Position numbers and translations under genes: made by a program
The notes under the pieces: generated by a model
Told to the model about the DNA's origin: nothing
What the model saw: only the letters and a program-made list of their open reading frames with translations
Database searches by the model: none
In this document: piece by piece, positions 42,468-54,585 of the stretch
Numbering within the stretch: the stretch's first letter is position 1
Layout: every line of letters begins with the position of its first letter
Assembly: GCF_006345805.1 (NCBI RefSeq)
Contig: NC_043009.1
Coordinates: forward strand, 51,460,001 to 51,524,000
Direction: 5' to 3'
DNA from: Octopus sinensis
Taxonomy: Eukaryota
DNA length: 64,000 nucleotides

Positions 42468-42852
42468 TGGAAGCACTCCGTCGGTTACGACGACGAGGGT
42501 TCCGGTTGATCCGAATCAACAGAACAGCCTGCTCGTGAAATTAACGTGTAAGTGGCTGAGCACTCCACAGACACGTGTACCCTTAATGTAGTTCTCAGGG
42601 ATATTCAGCGTGACACAGAGAGTGACAAGGCCGGCCCTTTGAAATACAGGTACAACAGAAACAGGAAGTAAGAGTGAGAGAAAGTTGTGGTGAAAGTGTA
42701 CAGCAGGGATCCCCACCACCCCCTGCCGGAGCGTCGTGGAGCTTTTAGGTGTTTTCGCTCAATAAACACTCACAACGCCCAGTCTGGGAATCGAAACCGC
42801 GATCCTACGACCGCGAGTCCGCTGCCCTAAACACTGGGCCATTGCGCCTCCG
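42468..42852 (-). mobile_element. Full-length SINE B
   Basis: Closely matches 26954-27344. Confidence 0.95.
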
Positions 42853-43067
42853 TAAATGTTATCAGCTGACGCGAACTTGCACCTCTCAGATACCGGCTGA
42901 GTTATCTACCATTAAGCTAAACTGCCTGCTGATAAGTAGATAAGTTACACAGAGCAGGGTAACAGGAGTTGAACTCTGGCTGCTGTGGTGTAAAACTGAA
43001 AAGCTTTACAGACTTACATTGCGTAAATACTGACGACATGGGAGTGAGGATGAATGGATGGTGTAAC

Positions 43068-43289
43068 TATTTCTTTACTACCCACAAGGGGCTAAATACA
43101 AACAAGGACAGACAAAAAGATTAAGTCGATTAGATCGACCCCATTGCATAACTGGTACTTAATTTATCGACCCCGAAAGGATGAAAGGCAAAGTCGACCT
43201 CGGCGGAATTTGAACTCAGAACGTAACGGCAGACGAAATACGGCCACGCATTTCGCCCGGCGTGCTAACGTTTCTGCCAGCTCGCCGCC
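43068..43289 (-). mobile_element. SINE A monomer
   Basis: Complete head, body and tail 1. Confidence 0.95.
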
Positions 43290-43347
43290 ATATTCTAAAA
43301 ATTAATATCGTTAATATCACCTCACATCTAATACACAAAAGAAAACA

Positions 43348-43400
<53 letters not shown>

Positions 43401-43590
43401 ATATATATATTATATATTGTGTATATGTAGTATCTATATATATATATATATATATTAATATATAATATATATATGTATATATATATATGTATATATATAT
43501 ATATTATGTATGTATATATATATATTATATATATATATATATGTATATATATATGTATGTATATATATATTATAATTATATATATATATC

Positions 43591-43621
<31 letters not shown>

Positions 43622-43676
43622 TATGTATATGTATATATATAATATATATATATATTATATATATTATATATATATA

Positions 43677-44085
43677 CTCTTTTTACTCTTTCCTTGTTTC
43701 AGTCATATGACTGCGGCCATGCTGGAGCACCGCCTTTAGTCGAGCAACTCGACCCCGGGACTCATTCTTTTTGTAAGCCCAGTACTTATTCTATCGGTCC
43801 TTTTTGCCGAACCGCTAAGCGACGGGGACGTAAACACATCAGCATCGGTTCAAGCAATGCTAGGGGGACAAACACAGACACACAAACACACACACACACA
43901 CACACCATATATATTATAATACAATTTATACGACAGGCTTCTTTCAGTTTCCGTCTACCAAATCCACTCACAAGGCATTGGTCGGCCTGGGGCTATAGCA
44001 GAAGACACTTGCCCAAGATGCCACGCAGTGGGACTGAACCCGGAACCATGTGGTTGGTTAGCAAGCTACTTACCACACAGCCACT
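43677..44085 (-). mobile_element. SINE C
   Basis: Nearly complete copy. Confidence 0.95.
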
Positions 44086-44152
44086 AGTACATACTTATGC
44101 ATGCACAGATGTGTGTTGGGGGGGGGTCACATAATGTATATATAAAACGATA

Positions 44153-44462
44153 AACGTCGCCCTTTTCAAGCGTAGCCAGGCTCATGGGCACGGTTTCCCG
44201 GTCTCTGTGTCGTATGTTTTCCCCCCCAGCTGGATGGGACGCCAGTCCATCGCAGCGTTACTCAAGAAACAGGAAGAGAGAGTGAGAGAAAGTTGTGGCG
44301 AAAGAGTACAACAGGGGTCGCCACCCCACCCCCTGCCGGAACCTCGTGGACCTTTTAGGTGTTTTCGCTCAATAAACACTCACAACGCCCAGTCTGGGAA
44401 TCTAAACCGCGATCCTCCGACCGCGAGTCCGCTGCCCTAACCACTGGGCCATTGCGCTTCCA
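44153..44462 (-). mobile_element. SINE B head with a Meta/V-domain-like 3' part
   Basis: After the shared body, the minus strand reads CTGCGATGGACTGGCGTCCCATCCAG..GAGACCGGGAAACC. Confidence 0.8.
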
Positions 44463-46176
44463 TACATATGTATATATATACAACTATATATATGTATGAA
44501 CATATATAAGTACGTACATTCATACATACAAACACGCACATTCACACACACACACAGACACAAGACGATCCCCCCTCCCTTATACTTTTCTATCGCAACC
44601 ACCATATCCAATAATCCCCAATTTGTAATCAAAAATGAATTCATCGTAAGTTTTGAAAGGATTATTTTCCTGTCTCTGTCCTTTTGTTTTAGTTGTTACT
44701 GCCATTGCTGTCATTGCTGTTGTTGTTGTTGTTGTTGTTTTGGTTGTTGTTATTGTTAGTGGTGGTCTTTTCGTATTATTATCCCCGAAACTCGATTGAC
44801 ATATATCATTCGGCACGCAAAATTGCGAACCATGTCCCTCTAATTTAGTTGTTATTTTGCTTATTAAGATGTCCTTATTCCTCTTTTTACTGCTATCACT
44901 GCTGTTGTTGTTGTTGTCATTACCGCTGTTGTTGTTGTTGTTGTTGTTGTTCTCCTCCTTCTTCTTCGTCTTTAGCTGTCGCTATCCTCGTCTCTGGTGC
45001 TATTCCTTTTCTTGTTGCCATCATTATTATTTTTCAGTTTATCTTTTTCATTCATTTGCCTGTCTTAAAATGTTTTCTTTTAAAACTTTCTTTTCGTTTT
45101 ATAGTAATTCTTACTGGTTTTTGCTTTTGTTTCCACGTAATCTACTCAACGTTTCTCAAACAATTTCCAAAAGATTCCAATGATCCAGACGAAATTTTGA
45201 CATTAATTTGTCAGGAATGTTGCAATTTCTTGATGTGCAGTATTTTCAAATTAGTGTTGCCCCTCATTATTCCAACATATCCTCATGCAAATATCAACCA
45301 TTTCGTTGTCTTTCTTTTTCTCTTTGCATTTCTTTTTTATTTACTCTCTTTTCCCCTCCAATTATTATTATGATTATTTTTCATTTCCTTTTATTCGCAT
45401 TGCGTTCGTTTGTGTGTTTGATAAAACGTATCATGTCATGAATACGGTTGCACGTAATAAAACTCTTACACACAAGGAATTAGAAGAATTTTAAGATGAA
45501 ACAAATTGGAAGATATCGAAAGCAAACGTCGGTTCTTAGAAGATAGGAACCATAATATAATAGTTTCTAATACTGGCACAAGGCCACATACATCAAGGCA
45601 GGGCGGTAATCGTCGATGAAATCTGCACCGGCGTTTGACTGATACTTTATTTATCGATCAAATAACGATAAAAGTTTTAGCTGACCATGACAGGGTTTGA
45701 ACGTAAATGCTCTTGCTTAAATACTACGTTGTATATTCTCTGAAATTTAATCGCTTCTACCATCCCGACTGTCCAATGTCAGGATTAAAATGATTAAAGA
45801 CTATAAATATTTAACCCGGCCACTTGTACAGTATAGAAAGGCAGTTGCTTGAACTTTCCTGATAGGAAAATGGAAGAAAAAAATACGTACTTGCTCGTTT
45901 GATCCGCTAGAAATAAAAACCGGGCTGCTTTGAAATCAAACCTAGCCATTGTAGAAAAACAAGTCCGATATTTTTGAAAAGAAAAAAAAAAAGCAAAAAC
46001 AAAATGAGTTTATGGCTGGAGAATTTGCGGTCTTTTTAACTATAGATCTTTTCGAGTAAGGCTGATGTCAGTGACAGCAGCAAAAACATCACCGGGCGGT
46101 CGGTTATTTTTACAACAGAGAATTGAGAAGATCACGTTGTGATATTCATGCTTTTCCAATCAAAGAAAATGAAATA

Positions 46177-46407
46177 TATTTCTTTACTACCCACAACGGG
46201 CTAAACAGAGGGGACAAACAAGGACAGACAAACGAATTAAGTCTATTACATCGACCCCAGTGCGTAACTGGTACTAAATTTATCGATCCCGAAAGGATGA
46301 AAGGCAAAGTCGACCTCGGCGGAATTTGAACTCGGAACGTAACGACAGACGAAATACTGCTACGAATTTCGCACGGCGTGCTAACGTTTCTACCAGCTCG
46401 CCGCCTT
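46177..46407 (-). mobile_element. SINE A monomer
   Basis: Complete copy; short TGAAATA flanks. Confidence 0.95.
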
Positions 46408-47013
46408 GAAATAGTTCAACCTGGGAATAGAACCCGGACTTAACATAGTTCAGGAACTGTGAACCAAGCGCAAGGAACACTACTGTCTGCCTGTGAAAAC
46501 AAATAATAGCGGTCGCCTCCTGAAAGAAGCATTGATTGTTGTTAATTATATCGGATATCTTTGATAGTCGAGTCCTTGAAATCGAATATGATTCTCCCGT
46601 AAATATTGGAAACCCGCATGCAGCGAACATTAATAATTGTTGAGTTGAGGTTTTGCAGCAGAAACCAATTTTTCCTTTCATCTCTCTTTAGTCGATAAAA
46701 TATGTCTTTGCTGATAGTTCTGTTGGATGTAGGTCGACTCACGCAACACGAATTTATAGCACATTCCAATTCTTTATGAAGTAGTATCCGCTGTCTTACA
46801 CAGCTGCTAGACTCAGACTGCGTATCTATGCAGTTGCTCGTCTTATTTTATATAGCGAACACATATACAAATTTATCTCAACTTATACTTTACAGCTATA
46901 AATACAGGACCATAAGAATATTCAAAATTGGAATCATTGTATGATTACTCGACCAGCAAGATATTGTAGTTTTCTTCAATCAGGGATGACCGGAGAACAA
47001 CCACAGCAACAAA

Positions 47014-47462
47014 GTGGAGGCGCAATGGCTCAGTGGTTAGAGCAGTGGAATCGCGGTCGTAAGAACGCGGTTTCGATTCCCTGTCCGAGTATTGTGTGCT
47101 GAACCCGCTGAACTCTTTCACCACAACTTTCTCACTCTTTCTTCTTACTTCTGCCGCAAAGCAGAGGAACCATGGTGTAACCCATTATGGTGTGGTAAAA
47201 TTTCAGACCCTGGTCTAGGTTGTGAATCCTCTGTACCCCAGGATGGTTCAACTCTCCACCCGTTAAAAGCCACCATTTACGGAATGACGACAGCAACGTA
47301 ACTTTCGCGCCCTTGCAACCGCCAGTCTATCGCGTCTGGTGGGTGGATCTTCAAGTTGCCGCACGCATTCTTAGTAGCCAAGAGTAGGCTCGAATTAAAG
47401 ATTATTCTTTGTGGCTAAGGGCGTGAATCCTGATTAGAAGAAGAAGAAAAAGAAGAAGAAGA
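47014..47462 (+). mobile_element. Diverged SINE B head followed by a distinct ~300-bp segment ending in (AGA)n
   Basis: Head and partial body to ~47150, then unique GC-richer sequence ending TGAATCCTGATTAG(AAG)n. Confidence 0.65.
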
Positions 47463-47996
47463 CCACTGCAAGTACAACTAGATTCATCATTTTTCTCTTT
47501 GACTTTTTTGAAATTCAGTTTTAAGGCGGAATTTGGAAGGTCTTTAAAAATTAACTACCTGATGTTGTCCTAAGTAATTTTGAAATAATTTTCATTCCTG
47601 AGATCTACAAATATGGTCACCAATTATTATAAGAAAGATCAATTTACTGTTGATATAAATAGAAACATACATAATAGAAAATTACATAATTATGATCAGC
47701 TATTTTAATATTTCGTCAGTCGCCACCGGAATCGATCACAACAGAGTGTAAGAGTTAAGTTAATGTCAGTATTTCATACGAAGTCAGCAACTTATCGCTG
47801 ACTAAACAGGAGGAAAAAAATTACGGAAAAAGATCTACGGTGAGACCGAGAAAAAATATATTCATCAAATAAGGAAATAACTCTGGACATTTTATTTTTA
47901 TTGGACAATCACATGAACTAATTAGACATTACCGTAGTTATCGAAATACCGAGAGAATGTCTTAGTTCAACGATATTACTAAGACTGTGTTTGTAT

Positions 47997-48382
47997 TGGA
48001 AGCACTCCGTCGGTTACGACGATGAGGGCTCCGGTTGATCCGAATCAACGGAACAGCCTGCTCGTGAAATTAACGTATAAGTGGCTGAGCACTCCACAGA
48101 CACGTGCGCCCTTAACGTAGCTCTCGGGGATATTCAGCGTGACACAGAGAGTGATAAGGCCGGCTCCTTGAAATACAGGTACAACAGAAACAGGAAGTAA
48201 GAGTGAGAGAAAGTTGTGGTGAAAGAGTACAACATGGATCACCACCATCCCCTGCCGGAGCCTCGTGGAGCTTTTAGGTGTTTTCGCTCAATAAACACTC
48301 ACAACGCCCGGTCTGGGAATCGAAACCGCGATCCTATTACCTCGAGTCCGCTGCCCTAACCACTGGGCCATTGCGCCTCCAC
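47997..48382 (-). mobile_element. Full-length SINE B with 13-bp TSD
   Basis: TSD ACTGTGTTTGTAT at 47984-47996 and 48383-48395. Confidence 0.95.
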
Positions 48383-48756
48383 ACTGTGTTTGTATATTGT
48401 ACTGTAAAAAAGTACATAAGTATTTCGAGAAACTCACGTTGAGCCACTCTGGGAGTGTAATTATTAAGTTAACAAAATTATTTTCTACAAGTAACACCCA
48501 AATAGTGTGATTCTGATTCAGATTCTATAATTGAGAGAAAGGCACAAGGGAGAGATGCTGGGAAGAATCTACGTGTGGCTTGAAATTCACATTTGGGAAA
48601 TTAATACATCGAATTTAACCCTACACTACAAGAAACAGATTCAGACTGACGCATACTCACATAGAGAAACATGCATGTACACAGATACACAGATACACAC
48701 ACAAACATACATTCAAAAAGATAGAAAGACAGATAGACACATTTATTGTGTATGAG

Positions 48757-48838
<82 letters not shown>

Positions 48839-48865
48839 ATATATATATATAGCTAGCTATCTATA

Positions 48866-48899
<34 letters not shown>

Positions 48900-48903
48900 T
48901 CTA

Positions 48904-48953
<50 letters not shown>

Positions 48954-48981
48954 CATTTGTCAGTCTGTATGTCTGTCTGTC

Positions 48982-49048
<67 letters not shown>

Positions 49049-49066
49049 AATTAACAAACTAACTAG

Positions 49067-49101
<35 letters not shown>

Positions 49102-49683
49102 CCGTGCGTGCGAGCGCGCGCGTGTGTGAACAGGCTCGTACCTGTGTCTATGTTTGAGGCCAACCTGATAAGTACCACGCTAAAAATGTACACACACAAA
49201 CATACATACATACACACAGTCAGACAGACACATTTAGGTGCATGTGATCTATCTATCTATGTGTGGGCGTGTGGTGTGGTTGTGTGTGTCTATGTATATA
49301 AATACATTTATATTTATGCGCACATTTATGGAATATATTATGCGCATATATACGTACATATATGTGTGCGTGCGCGCTCGTGTCTTTGCGTCTGTGCTTG
49401 ATACCGATCGAAGAGATACCAGCTTAAATGAATAAGCACAGTGATAGATTCATTCAACTAAAAATTTTTCATGGCGGTGCTCCAGCTTGGCCACAGAATA
49501 ATGACGGAAACACGTAAAAGGATAAATGATTTCTTAAACTTAATCTCCATCTCTGTTTCTTTTACCAAACTTCCTTTCTCCCTCTCTCTAACTCTCAATC
49601 TTCTGCAATACCTTTCACCCAATATACATTAATTACATTATTTACAATTGACGGATATTTGATCTCTCATCTTGTTTGTTGTT

Positions 49684-49729
49684 AACACAACGTTTCGGCT
49701 GATATACCCTCCAGCCCTTATCAGGTATC
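49684..49729 (-). ncRNA. Inverted copy of the same hammerhead motif, core mutated
   Basis: Minus strand reads GATAC CTGATAA G GGCTG-gagggtatat-CAGCC GAAAC GTT GTGTT. Stem I is intact (GATAC/GTGTT) but the core is CUGAUAA. Confidence 0.75.
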
Positions 49730-49802
49730 TTGGGGAAAATTCGAACCTGGGTTCTCTTTCTTAAGGTATTTTTCGATGTTGTTGTTGTTGTTATTGTTGT
49801 TG

Positions 49803-49836
<34 letters not shown>

Positions 49837-49860
49837 CATCATTATAATTATTATTAATCA

Positions 49861-49933
49861 GGTCACTGCCTGGAATGGAACTCGGAATCTTGGGGTTAGT
49901 AGCCCGCGTTCTTAACCACTACGCCATATGCCC
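49861..49933 (-). ncRNA. tRNA-derived Pol III head (not a canonical tRNA gene)
   Basis: GGGCATATGGCGTAGTGGTTAAG...GGGCTACTAACCC...GAGTTCCATTCCAGGCAGTGACC (73 nt): A-box, B-box-like motif and anticodon-like arm. The acceptor stem does not pair well. Confidence 0.7.
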
Positions 49934-50004
49934 GTGGGCATAATAATAATAACAACATCGAAAAATACCTTAGGAATGAGAACCCAGGCTAGAAATTTTC
50001 CCAA

Positions 50005-50050
50005 GACACCTGATGAAGGCTGGAGGGTGTATCAGCCGAAACGTTGAATT
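50005..50050 (+). ncRNA. Minimal type I hammerhead ribozyme motif (PLE type)
   Basis: GACAC CTGATGA A GGCTG-gagggtgtat-CAGCC GAAAC GTT: intact core, 5-bp stem II, palindromic ACGT stem III and a GUU site. The 3' strand of stem I is degenerate (GAATT). Confidence 0.85.
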
Positions 50051-50349
50051 AACAACAAACAAGATGAGAACGAATATCCGTCAATTGTAAATAATTTAAA
50101 TAATGTACATAATTCCTCATCTCTTAAATATAGAACTGTATTATCTCACCCAATAGTTTTGTATAGCGTTTGTATGTCCCTTCATTTACTTTTCAGCAAC
50201 CGCTTCCTGTATGTCACACTGAAAATCTCGTTACTTCTCTCTCTGTCTTTTTTTCTCTCTCCCCGTCTCACTCTCGTGTTTTCTCTCTCCCTTTATCTCT
50301 TTCCATCTCTCGCTCTCTCTCGCTCTTCTTCGTTTTATTTATCTTTTAT

Positions 50350-50710
50350 ATCTTTTCTCTTACTACTTTCAGAAAGAAGACTGAGGCCATGCTGGGGCAC
50401 CGCCTTGAAGAATTTTTAGTCCGATGAATCTAGTACCTATTATGATGGTACTTATTCAATCGGTATCTTTTGTCGAACAGCTAAGTTATGTGGACGTAAG
50501 CACACCGATACTGGTCATCAAGTGGTGGTGGGGGACAAACACACAAACACACACAGGCACACACACAGGCACACACACACAAACATGCATACACACGCAT
50601 ATACGACGAGCTCCTTTGTAATCCCGTTTACAAATTCCACTCACAAGAACCTTTCGTTGGCCGGAGGCTATATAAAAGACACTTGCTCAAGGTGCCACAC
50701 ATTGGGGCCG
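50350..50710 (-). mobile_element. Old SINE C
   Basis: GGCCATGCTGGGGCACCGCC tail, middle and core; diverged. Confidence 0.8.
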
Positions 50711-51052
50711 AATCTGCAGAAAAGACGTTGAGCGGATGTTTACGGGTAGAATGATTTCGAAGAGACAGAAGAAAGCGGGAGAAAGAACAGAAGACAGAGA
50801 ATTAAATTTAGACCGAGAAGTATAGATTAGGAGTCTACAGCAAAAATAGTCAAATAAGGTGGACAGAATGAGCGTCAACCAGACAGACATAGAGCTATCT
50901 ATCCATAAACACATAATACTTACGCATAAAATGACAGGCTGACAGTCTGTCACGTCAATATAGATATAAACAAACAAATGGGTAAATAGAGAGATAGACT
51001 GACAGATATATGAACAGATAGATAGATAAATAGATATATAGATAGATAAATC

Positions 51053-51120
<68 letters not shown>

Positions 51121-51121
<1 letters not shown>

Positions 51122-51332
51122 GTTTCTTTATTGGCCACACAGGGCTGCACACAGATGGGACAAGTTACAAGGTAGAGCTTTTCTTTTGGGGGATGAAAAA
51201 AAAGGGGGTGGCGTAGGTTTTCGATCAAGAGGGATCGTAAAAGGGAAGAAAAGAACAAAAAAAATTAAAATAAATAAATAGAATAAAAAATAAAAAGAAT
51301 AAAGGGGAAAAAAAAGAAAGGGAAAAGGAACA

Positions 51333-51340
<8 letters not shown>
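51121..51340 (-). mobile_element. Retroelement-like 3' end embedded in (GATA)n
   Basis: Minus strand reads ...GTGTGCAGCCCTGTGTGGCCAATAAAGAAACT(TATC)n. GATA arrays lie on both sides. Confidence 0.55.
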
Positions 51341-51422
<82 letters not shown>

Positions 51423-51926
51423 TAATGTTAATGTAAAAATAACCAAGAAAAACAATATGTCTATTTGTCTGAGAATATCTGTATATCTTTATATATCTTT
51501 ATATATATGTGTGTGTGTTTGTGTGTAATTTTTATAAAGAGATAATTGTAAAATTTTCATATAGACTTCAGGAGAGTAAGAAAGAAAGAGAAAACGAAAA
51601 AGAGAGTAACAGTGAGAGAGAGCAAGAAACACTAAGTAATAAAGAGATTTAAAATAATATAATTGTTACAGAAACAGTTGGTGATTTGATAATATTCTCT
51701 GTGTTTACAGAAAAGATATATAACCAATGGTAACCAACTAAAGAGATGGTACTACAGGCGGCGACAGATTAGAAGTAAGCTGAAACTTTAGTAAGCAATG
51801 TCTTGAACAACCGCCTCTATACCACTTACAGCTGTTAATAATCAGGTGACTATTGGAGAGAATCTATAAAACGGACAAGACAAGAGCGTGTATATACATA
51901 CATACATATGTATATGTATATATATG

Positions 51927-52021
<95 letters not shown>

Positions 52022-52214
52022 AATACAGGTATATACACATGCATATCTATTTATATACATACGTATATATGTGTATACATGCAAATGTTTTTATGCATAT
52101 ATATATGTGAGTGTGTGTATGTTTATGTGTTTCATTGCATGCGTCATTTTTCGGTGTCTGGGGTAGACATATTTAGAGAAGATAAATCATGTAGACTACT
52201 AGATAGATAGAAAG

Positions 52215-52245
<31 letters not shown>

Positions 52246-52308
52246 CATAGATAGATAGAAAGATAGATAGATAGACAGACAGACATACAGACAGATAGAT
52301 AGATAGAC

Positions 52309-52396
<88 letters not shown>

Positions 52397-52926
52397 CGAT
52401 CGATAGATAGCTAAGGAGTTGGATAGACTGGAAGAGGGCGCCGACGAGGGGATAGTTAGTCAAGGGGACAGATAGAGACATAGAATGGTGTTCAGATATA
52501 GTTGACCATGAGCCAACAATATATTTCCTTTGAAATAATCTCTGGTCTGCGTCTAAATGCCATAAAACATAACAGACAGCCAATACCATTCTGGCAAGAG
52601 GTTGGCACATTCACAGTCATATCTGTGAGGTCATAAAGATAGATAACTGAGATGTGTCATGCTTACTACGTAATTAAAATATTTATAGATAAAATAAAGA
52701 TAGACGAAATGGGGCGATTTGATACGATGTAGGATGCTATTGTTGTTATTGGTGTTGGTGTCGTTCTTGTTGATTAACCTTCATTTCCTTCCACATCTAC
52801 TCACATTCACACATAGACTTAAATCCTGATCGACCAGATGTATGCCCTGCGATGATCCATGCGTGCCTGTTCTTTCATCATTCTAAAATTCAGTATCTGT
52901 GTGTAAAGTCCCCTTAGTATTAATAC

Positions 52927-52961
<35 letters not shown>

Positions 52962-53575
52962 TTTGTTGTTGCTTGTTGTTTTTGTTGTTGCTGTTGTTGT
53001 CATGAACTCTGAATAAAGGTGTTCCAATTTTGACCAACTCGTTTTTCTCTGGGTAACGTGTACCCCGGCTTTAGCTAATGTGTCACTCTATAAAACGAGT
53101 AAGGCATGATAATTTCTCTACAATTTCTAGGTTATCTAGCAACCACATACAGAGCTTAACCTTCTCTATAATGGTCTTTGTTAATGGTGGTTTTAGTTGA
53201 TTGTCTTAAGCATGAAGGTTTTCTCATTGCTTCATCGATACCACGTGAAAACACCGAGCCTATGTGTTGATGATTCATTCAATATCAAAAAAGAAAATGT
53301 CTCTGGGTCTCTATGCTCTGTAGCAAAACTCTTGTATATCTACTTGGTTCCTAAACCACCATCAATTTTAACAGTGCTCTAGTTTCCGTACTCACGTATT
53401 AAAACCAGAAAAGCGGGAAAAAGGAGAACGCACGTAAGGCTTTCATGATGACGTCGATTTTGCATGAAGCTGAAATAAAATGTGAGCGAAGGTAACTTTT
53501 ATGGATACGCAAATATATATATATTGTGGAAAGTAAGACATATTTACACATGAATAAATTTCTCCGTAAATCTAT

Positions 53576-53643
<68 letters not shown>

Positions 53644-53645
<2 letters not shown>

Positions 53646-53978
53646 CGTAAGGTGTACTAGCCATCTGAATGTGGCTAGCCACTGGGGGTGGGGTGTTACT
53701 GATGCTTTTAGCCCCAGGCGATCAACGTCACCAGATGGACTTTAGACACTATCTCAGTGCCCTTGTGTTATTTGCAAAGGGAGGTCATCCTCCCTCGAAG
53801 ACCTAAGTACTACATACGGAGGTCTTCGAGGGAGGATGACCTCCCTTTGCAAATAACACAAGGGTACTGAGATAGTGTCTAAAGTCCATCTGGTGACGTT
53901 GATCGCCTGGGGCTAAAGCATCAGTAACACCCACCCCCAGTGGCTAGCCACATTCAGATGGCTAGTACACCTTACGTT
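53644..53978. repeat. Near-perfect foldback palindrome, ~160-bp arms with a 15-nt spacer
   Basis: 53644-53804 is the reverse complement of 53820-53978, with 2 single-base indels and 1 substitution. Confidence 0.95.
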
Positions 53979-54022
53979 GTCGAGCGGTTACTGTTTATAT
54001 CTCGTTCAGAGATTTATTATTG

Positions 54023-54094
<72 letters not shown>

Positions 54095-54403
54095 AAACAT
54101 CCAGACAGACGCTACAAAGGAAATAAGCACGCGTCATTCGAAGTTTTCTCTGGATGTTTTGTTGTCCATTTTTGTATCACCTAGCTGTCCGGATGTTTTG
54201 CGTTCTTGTCCCATTTTGTATAAATATATATGTGTGTGTGTGTGTGTGTAAAATTATTCATATCACAGCGTTTGTAATAAGGCCTCCCTCCCACGATGGT
54301 CATCATACAACTGGACAGTGAACGAGTGGAGAAGATTGGTTGAGGAAGCTTAGACGCTTAGCAGTTACGCTGCACACACACACACAGATATATATATACA
54401 TAC

Positions 54404-54447
<44 letters not shown>

Positions 54448-54550
54448 ATCCAAACAAGAAAACGCAGAAAAAAACACAGAAAAAAACAGCAACGCGAGGA
54501 CGTGGAACAATTAAATTATTATTTGACGCTCATGAAAGAAGGGAAGGAGG

Positions 54551-54585
54551 GTTTAATGTTTCGAGCGGACCTCTTCGTCGGAAAC
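54551..54585 (-). ncRNA. Minimal hammerhead variant (CCGACGA core)
   Basis: Minus strand reads GTTT CCGACGA A GAG-gtccg-CTC GAAAC ATT AAAC: stem I GTTT/AAAC and stem II GAG/CTC. Confidence 0.6.

Noticed and set aside
44849-45373. 174-aa Cys/Phe-rich ORF
   Set aside because: It is mostly (TGT/TTG)n and T-rich low complexity. Only a short internal stretch could be an exon, and it is unsupported.
46568-46640. EYDSPVNIGNP resembling an NAD-dependent epimerase motif
   Set aside because: It is a short match bounded by stops, with no other epimerase motifs nearby and an equally open antisense frame.
53775-53810. HDV-like ribozyme in the foldback arm (CCTCCCTCG loop)
   Set aside because: P2 would be too short, and the P4 and J4/2 elements are missing.
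54091-54222. Short inverted CAAAACATCC(A/G)GA repeats between TA arrays
   Set aside because: The arms are only ~13 bp. This is probably a truncated fragment of a larger repeat and is too short to classify.
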